Shown here piece by piece: positions 59,266 through 64,000 of a DNA stretch of 64,000 bases (positions are counted from its first letter, which is position 1; the number at the start of each line of letters is the position of its first letter). The stretch lies in contig CAZCKO010000004.1 of NCBI GenBank assembly GCA_964499275.1, positions 13,418-77,417 of the forward strand, read 5' to 3'. Made by a program: the position numbers and the translations under genes. The notes beneath the pieces were generated by a model, which worked only from the letters and a program-made list of their open reading frames with translations, ran no database searches and was not told the DNA's origin. The DNA comes from an uncultured Rhodospirillaceae bacterium. Its GTDB lineage: Bacteria > Pseudomonadota > Alphaproteobacteria > MPNO01 > UBA2964.

Positions 59266-60690
59266 TTAACTCTTGTCGCCGAATTTTAATTTACCATTGC
59301 GGTTATTATTCCGCCTCTTTTTCTTCCCCCCAAAGGTATTACCGCTTCGGTTTCCCCAGCCGCGTTTGCCCTGCTGCCGAACTTTTTCTTGCCACTTACG
59401 ACGGATTCGTTTTTGTCCAGGTTCAGCGATTTTTATTTTTTGACGTGGGCGTAATCTTTCATTTCCACGAATGACAACCTTATCACCAGGCTTAAGGCCC
59501 CGTAAAACTTCAAACCGGAGGCCAAATGCGTCCCCCAGCTCGACCCGCCGCATATTTGCCCGCAACCCACTATCGGTTTCCTTGACAACAAAGACAACCC
59601 GCTTCCCTCGACGTTGTGTTATTGCATCTTTATGAACAGTTACGGCCTGCCTAGTCGCCCCAGATGGGATGTGTAAAACGACACTTTGATTGGAGGCAAT
59701 GGTTCCAGTCGGATTAAAAAATAATGGTGAAAACCTCACTATTCTTGTTCTAGAAAGCGCATTTTCTTGTGGCACGATGGCGCGGACTGATGCTTTAAAA
59801 GATCTCCCAAATTCTGGTTTTACATCTATCTCTATTCCGTTGGTCAGTCCTCCTAGGCGATTTGCCGGAACCTCCGCTTCAACTTCAAGGGATTTTTCAT
59901 TAAGGATCGTTACGACTGGCCCGCCCAGGCTCACATAATCACCAGTCTCAACGGCCCTATTGATGATAACTCCATCAAAAGGAGCAATGACCTTAGCATT
60001 AAAAAGGTTAATATTGGCCATACGTAGTTTGGCGCGCGCCTGTTCCCGCTTGGCCTTGGCTTCAATTAATGCACTTTGTATACGTTCGACATCACGAAGT
60101 TTGTCTTGGTAACGCGCGGACGAGAAAGCAGAAGATTTTCTAAGACGTTTCAGCCTTTCAAGCTCTTGGTTTGCTAGACTCAGTTGTACCCCTACGGTAC
60201 GGATCTTTGCAGAAGATTCCTTGAGTTCGGCCGCCTTTAGCTCTCTTTCTGCCTTAAGCATACTGGAAATCAATGTCGCGATTGTGTCGCCTTTTTTCAC
60301 TCGGTCGCCTACATGAACCCTGACGTCCTCTATTGCACCTTTAGTTCGAGCAGCTACAACACCAGTTTGCCGAGCAATTACTCGCCCGTAAACCTGTACA
60401 GTTTCAACAGCGGTACCTTTTGTAACTAAATCAACAAATACTTTTGCAGAACCGCGGCTACCACGTTTACCTCGGCGTCCTTTTCGATATTTCCGTTTTT
60501 GCTTTTTAGCCTTTTTCGTTCCATCCTTGGCAGTATATAGTTGGGAACCTACTTCTTTCGTTGTCCTTTGGGCATTTGCGCCGGAGCAAGGTATTTGCAT
60601 AATGAGAGTAATTCCGCAAATAATAAATGCGGTAAACAACACATTACGTGCCGAAAAATGACGGCGGGATCTTTTATTCCAGATTTTCAT
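59266..60690 (-). CDS. RND efflux periplasmic adaptor (HlyD/MFP family) with K/R/G-rich N-proximal and C-terminal low-complexity extensions
   Basis: N-terminal TM helix. Coiled-coil and beta-barrel MFP core. 4-nt gap to the RND pump gene. Confidence 0.8.
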   Translation of the reverse strand: MKIWNKRSRRHFSARNVLFTAFIICGITLIMQIPCSGANAQRTTKEVGSQLYTAKDGTKKAKKQKRKYRKGRRGKRGSRGSAKVFVDLVTKGTAVETVQVYGRVIARQTGVVAARTKGAIEDVRVHVGDRVKKGDTIATLISSMLKAERELKAAELKESSAKIRTVGVQLSLANQELERLKRLRKSSAFSSARYQDKLRDVERIQSALIEAKAKREQARAKLRMANINLFNAKVIAPFDGVIINRAVETGDYVSLGGPVVTILNEKSLEVEAEVPANRLGGLTNGIEIDVKPEFGRSFKASVRAIVPQENALSRTRIVRFSPLFFNPTGTIASNQSVVLHIPSGATRQAVTVHKDAITQRRGKRVVFVVKETDSGLRANMRRVELGDAFGLRFEVLRGLKPGDKVVIRGNERLRPRQKIKIAEPGQKRIRRKWQEKVRQQGKRGWGNRSGNTFGGKKKRRNNNRNGKLKFGDKS

Positions 60691-60884
60691 TTGGGCACAA
60701 AACCTAAGTTATATTTCCTAAAGTATAGGCCGTATAGGCGCTCCCAGAAAAGTAGAAAGTATTTCTAATAGCATTTACTCAATGCATACAATCTTCTTCA
60801 GTTGACATTAGTGACACGCTGTTTTTTTATTAAAATAAAAAATCTATTCTATAGTCATAATTCCTTACGTGATTGAGAAGCTAA

Positions 60885-61814
60885 ATGACCACTTTAATTT
60901 TTAGCCATGACAGTGCAGAATATCATGATATGGGACGAGGGCACCCAGAGTGCCCCGATCGTATAAAAGCGGTAAAACGAGCGCTGGAGGCTGATCGATT
61001 TAAAGGTCTTGATCATATAGAAGCTCCGCTCGCTACAATCGAACAAATTTCTAGAATTCATGAACAATCCTATGTGGAGAGGCTAATAGAATCAGTCCCT
61101 AAAGAAGGACTTAAAAATATAGACCCAGACACTGCACTTTGTCCTCACTCTGGAGAGGCGGCGCTAAGAGCGTCTGGCGCAGTTATTGCAGCTGTTGATT
61201 CGATCATGTGTGGAGATGCTAATTCGGCCTTTTGTGCCGTTCGCCCCCCCGGACATCATGCCGAGCCAAATCGGGGAATGGGGTTTTGTCTCTTTAACAA
61301 TATTGCAATTGGTGTTCAGCATGCTCGAGTTGCCCATAACATTGATCGCGTTGCAGTGGTGGATTTCGACGTTCATCATGGCAACGGGACACAAGCCGCA
61401 TTTTGGTCAGACCCAAATGTGCTTTTTGCTTCATCGCACCAATATCCGTTCTATCCGGGCACCGGCGCTGCGGAAGAGACTGGGGTAGGAAATATATTTA
61501 ATGTCCCATTAGCTGACGGAACAGGATCCGCGCATTTTCGAAGTGAGATTGAAACTGTAGTTTTGCCCGCTCTAGAAAACTTTGAGCCACAACTTATATT
61601 ACTTTCGGCGGGTTTTGATGCCCATAGTAGAGACCCACTAGCCAACTTACATTTAGAGGAAGAAGACTTTGGTTGGATTACCAATAAATTAGTGGATATT
61701 GCAGGAGAATTTTGTGATGGAAAGATTATTTCGTCGCTCGAAGGGGGTTATGATTTGACTGCTCTTTCTAACTGTGTGACAGCTCATTTGACCGAATTGG
61801 TGCGGGCTTCTTGA
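60885..61814 (+). CDS. Histone deacetylase-family (AcuC/AphA-like) amidohydrolase
   Basis: ..HPECPDR.., catalytic DFDVHHGNGTQ and GGYD motifs. 309 aa. Confidence 0.85.
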   Translation: MTTLIFSHDSAEYHDMGRGHPECPDRIKAVKRALEADRFKGLDHIEAPLATIEQISRIHEQSYVERLIESVPKEGLKNIDPDTALCPHSGEAALRASGAVIAAVDSIMCGDANSAFCAVRPPGHHAEPNRGMGFCLFNNIAIGVQHARVAHNIDRVAVVDFDVHHGNGTQAAFWSDPNVLFASSHQYPFYPGTGAAEETGVGNIFNVPLADGTGSAHFRSEIETVVLPALENFEPQLILLSAGFDAHSRDPLANLHLEEEDFGWITNKLVDIAGEFCDGKIISSLEGGYDLTALSNCVTAHLTELVRAS

Positions 61815-61939
61815 TCATTTTTCTATATATTATTTAGATTTTAACGTTTACTTAGGCATTAGTTTGGATTAGCACGCAGAGACTATCTTTTAGCTCCTAT
61901 TGAACGTTGTTTTGCATAAACAATTTTGGATTTAAAGAA

Positions 61940-62191
61940 ATGGAAACTGACGAAAAAAGAGTAAAAATCGCTTCACTTTCATTCGAAGGAGCCCTGGCTG
62001 AACTTGAAGAAATCGTTCGACAATTGGAACAAGGTAAAGGAGAACTTGAAGATGCGATTGGTGCTTACGAACGGGGAGCTGCGTTAAAAAAGCACTGTGA
62101 ACTAAAACTCAAGGAAGCCAAAGCCAGAGTAGAGAAAATTAAATTTGGGTCGGACGGCCCCGAAGGGTTGGAGCAAATAGACCTTGACTGA
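61940..62191 (+). CDS. xseB: Exodeoxyribonuclease VII small subunit
   Basis: LSFEGALAELEEIVRQLEQGKGELEDAIGAYERGAALKKHCE matches XseB. The internal Met gives the expected length of about 83 aa. Followed by ispA. Confidence 0.8.
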   Translation: METDEKRVKIASLSFEGALAELEEIVRQLEQGKGELEDAIGAYERGAALKKHCELKLKEAKARVEKIKFGSDGPEGLEQIDLD

Positions 62192-63086
62192 AGCGCACGC
62201 TTTGGGGCTACCTGAAGCTATGGCAGAATGGGCAGATGTCGTAGAGAGATTCTTATATGATATATTAAGTCCACAGGAGTGCCCCCAGGAACAACTGTTT
62301 GAGGCGATGCGCTATGCTTCGCTTGAGGGAGGAAAGCGGCTTAGACCTTTCCTCACTTTAAAAAGCGCTAGATTGTTTGAAGCACCAGAAAAATATGCGT
62401 TAAGGGTAGGTACAGCTATTGAACTTATACATTGTTATTCGTTGATCCATGACGACTTACCCGCAATGGATGATGATGACTTCAGGCGTGGAAGACCGTC
62501 TTGTCACTTGGCGTTTGATGAAGCCACAGCAATTCTGGCTGGTGATGCCCTGCAGGCTCTTGCATTTGAAATACTATGCGATTCAGAAACTCATCCCGAT
62601 GCAAATATAAGAGTGGAGTTGATAAAAGGGCTCGCAATGGCCTCTGGGGCACTAGGAATGGTTGGGGGCCAGATGATCGACTTAGTATCTGAAAATAGCG
62701 ATGTAGATTTAAAAACAATCACAAAAATGCAAAGACTGAAAACAGGGGCATTGATTAGTTTTTCATGTGAAGCAGGTGCTATTCTAGGGAAAGCCTCTAA
62801 CGAGGAAAATGAGGCCTTATTGAATTATGCCCAAGACATTGGTCTAGCATTTCAAATTACTGATGATCTATTGGATGTATTAGGTACGAAAGAAGTCACT
62901 GGAAAGAGTATCAATAAGGACGGAGCGGCGGGCAAAGCAACATTTGTATCTTTGCTTGGCGTTTCAGAAGCACAAAAACGAGCTCAATCTTTGGCTGATA
63001 AAGCGATCAGGCGACTTGACATGTTTGGTGATAAAGCTGCACACCTTAAGGCGATTGCAGATTTCGTCGTTGAAAGGCGCGCATAG
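62184..63086 (+). CDS. ispA: (2E,6E)-Farnesyl diphosphate synthase / polyprenyl synthetase
   Basis: First and second Asp-rich motifs (LIHDDLPAMDDDDFRRG; ..FQITDDLLD..). 300 aa. Sits in the classic xseB-ispA-dxs arrangement. Confidence 0.9.
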   Translation: MTEAHALGLPEAMAEWADVVERFLYDILSPQECPQEQLFEAMRYASLEGGKRLRPFLTLKSARLFEAPEKYALRVGTAIELIHCYSLIHDDLPAMDDDDFRRGRPSCHLAFDEATAILAGDALQALAFEILCDSETHPDANIRVELIKGLAMASGALGMVGGQMIDLVSENSDVDLKTITKMQRLKTGALISFSCEAGAILGKASNEENEALLNYAQDIGLAFQITDDLLDVLGTKEVTGKSINKDGAAGKATFVSLLGVSEAQKRAQSLADKAIRRLDMFGDKAAHLKAIADFVVERRA

Positions 63087-63095
63087 GAGGGTGTA

Positions 63096-64000
63096 TTGAG
63101 TAAAAGGCCAGAAACGCCATTGCTAGATGTGGTTAAGGTACCGGCTGACCTAAGAAAATTAAAAGAAAGCGAATTAAAAGTCTTTGCTGATGAACTTAGG
63201 TCTGAAACTATAGACGCGGTTTCGTCGACCGGTGGCCATTTGGGTGCGGGTTTAGGAGTCGTAGAGCTTACGGTCGCACTCCACTACGTTTTTAATACGC
63301 CAACTGATCGTTTGGTTTGGGATGTCGGGCATCAAGCTTATCCGCATAAAATTATTACTGGTCGGCGCGATAAAATTCGTACACTCCGTCAAGGTGGAGG
63401 GCTTTCAGGTTTTACGAAGCGGGCTGAGAGTGAATATGATCCATTTGGTGCAGCGCATGCTGCTACGTCAATCTCGGCGGCTTTAGGGTTTGCGGTTGCG
63501 CAGGAGCTTAAGGGCAAAAAAAATAACTCGATTGCAGTGATTGGTGATGGTTCCATGACGGCAGGTATGGCTTATGAAGCGATGAATAATGCCGGCTCCA
63601 TGGATACTCGTTTAATTGTAATTTTAAACGATAATGACATGTCAATAGCTCCTCCAGTTGGAGCAATGAGTGCGTATCTTTCTCGATTAATTTCATCACG
63701 ATATTATCGTTCGCTGCGGCATTTAATGCGAGATCTAGCAAAAAAATTTCCCAAACCCATAGAACAGGCTGCGACTAAATCCGAAGAATATGCGCGTGGT
63801 CTGGTTACAGGCGGTACAATGTTTGAAGAACTTGGTTTTTTTTACATTGGGCCAGTTGACGGTCATAATCTGGATCACCTTTTGCCTGTATTGAAGAACG
63901 TACGGGATTCAAAAGAGCCTGGTCCGGTCCTTGTTCACGTCGTTACTAAAAAAGGCGGGGGTTACCCGCCCGCAGAGGCGGCGGCTGATAAATACCACGG
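63096..64000 (+). CDS. dxs: 1-deoxy-D-xylulose-5-phosphate synthase (N-terminal part; TTG start; continues beyond window)
   Basis: ...[42 protein letters not shown]...[19 protein letters not shown] is the DXS TPP-binding N-terminus. AGGAGG RBS 5 nt before the TTG. Confidence 0.9.
   Translation, partial: MSKRPETPLLDVVKVPADLRKLKESELKVFADELRSETIDAVSSTGGHLGAGLGVVELTVALHYVFNTPTDRLVWDVGHQAYPHKIITGRRDKIRTLRQGGGLSGFTKRAESEYDPFGAAHAATSISAALGFAVAQELKGKKNNSIAVIGDGSMTAGMAYEAMNNAGSMDTRLIVILNDNDMSIAPPVGAMSAYLSRLISSRYYRSLRHLMRDLAKKFPKPIEQAATKSEEYARGLVTGGTMFEELGFFYIGPVDGHNLDHLLPVLKNVRDSKEPGPVLVHVVTKKGGGYPPAEAAADKYH

Noticed and set aside
1-64000. Searched for CRISPR arrays, rRNA/tRNA genes, transposases, integrases and flanking direct repeats that would mark the accessory region as a mobile island
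   Set aside because: No repeat-spacer arrays, no recognisable integrase, transposase or recombinase ORFs and no tRNA genes were found. The island character rests on gene content only, and mobility cannot be claimed.

Overview
The window is gene-dense (about 58 CDS, no rRNA, tRNA, CRISPR or transposase genes found) and looks alphaproteobacterial. The conserved xseB-ispA-dxs synteny at the 3' end, a TctCAB tripartite tricarboxylate transporter and GTG/TTG starts support that; taxon confidence is low.

The 5' third carries housekeeping-like genes: a partial NAD-dependent epimerase, an SDR, an HtrA-like protease and a complete late queuosine operon queA-tgt-queF-queG.

Its most striking feature is a massive local expansion of EamA/DMT (drug/metabolite transporter) permeases: ten paralogs between 983 and 23936. 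Six of them (13760..19025) lie head-to-tail on the + strand with 4-bp ATGA/GTGA stop-start overlaps at every junction. The array ends, again with an ATGA overlap, in a Nu-class (YfcG/YghU-like) glutathione S-transferase. This is a seven-cistron translationally coupled unit I do not recognise as a described system.

The remaining ~40 kb reads as an accessory catabolic island with these elements:
- three UbiD-family (prFMN-type) decarboxylase paralogs with no UbiX partner in the window;
- an AMP-forming CoA ligase and two class I SAM methyltransferases;
- five Fe(II)/2-oxoglutarate oxygenases (3 TauD/TfdA, 1 PhyH, 1 IPNS-like);
- an HcaT-like phenylpropionate MFS permease and a TPP-dependent enzyme;
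- an LLM flavin oxidoreductase, an FAD oxidoreductase, a cupin and a DapA-family lyase;
- a class V aminotransferase and TctCAB;
- a three-subunit molybdopterin (DMSO-reductase-family) enzyme whose catalytic subunit has no Tat signal;
- an RND efflux pair whose adaptor has unusual K/R/G-rich tails;
- an HDAC-family protein followed by xseB-ispA-dxs (dxs partial).

All calls rest on reading the translated ORFs and the DNA directly; no database search was possible.
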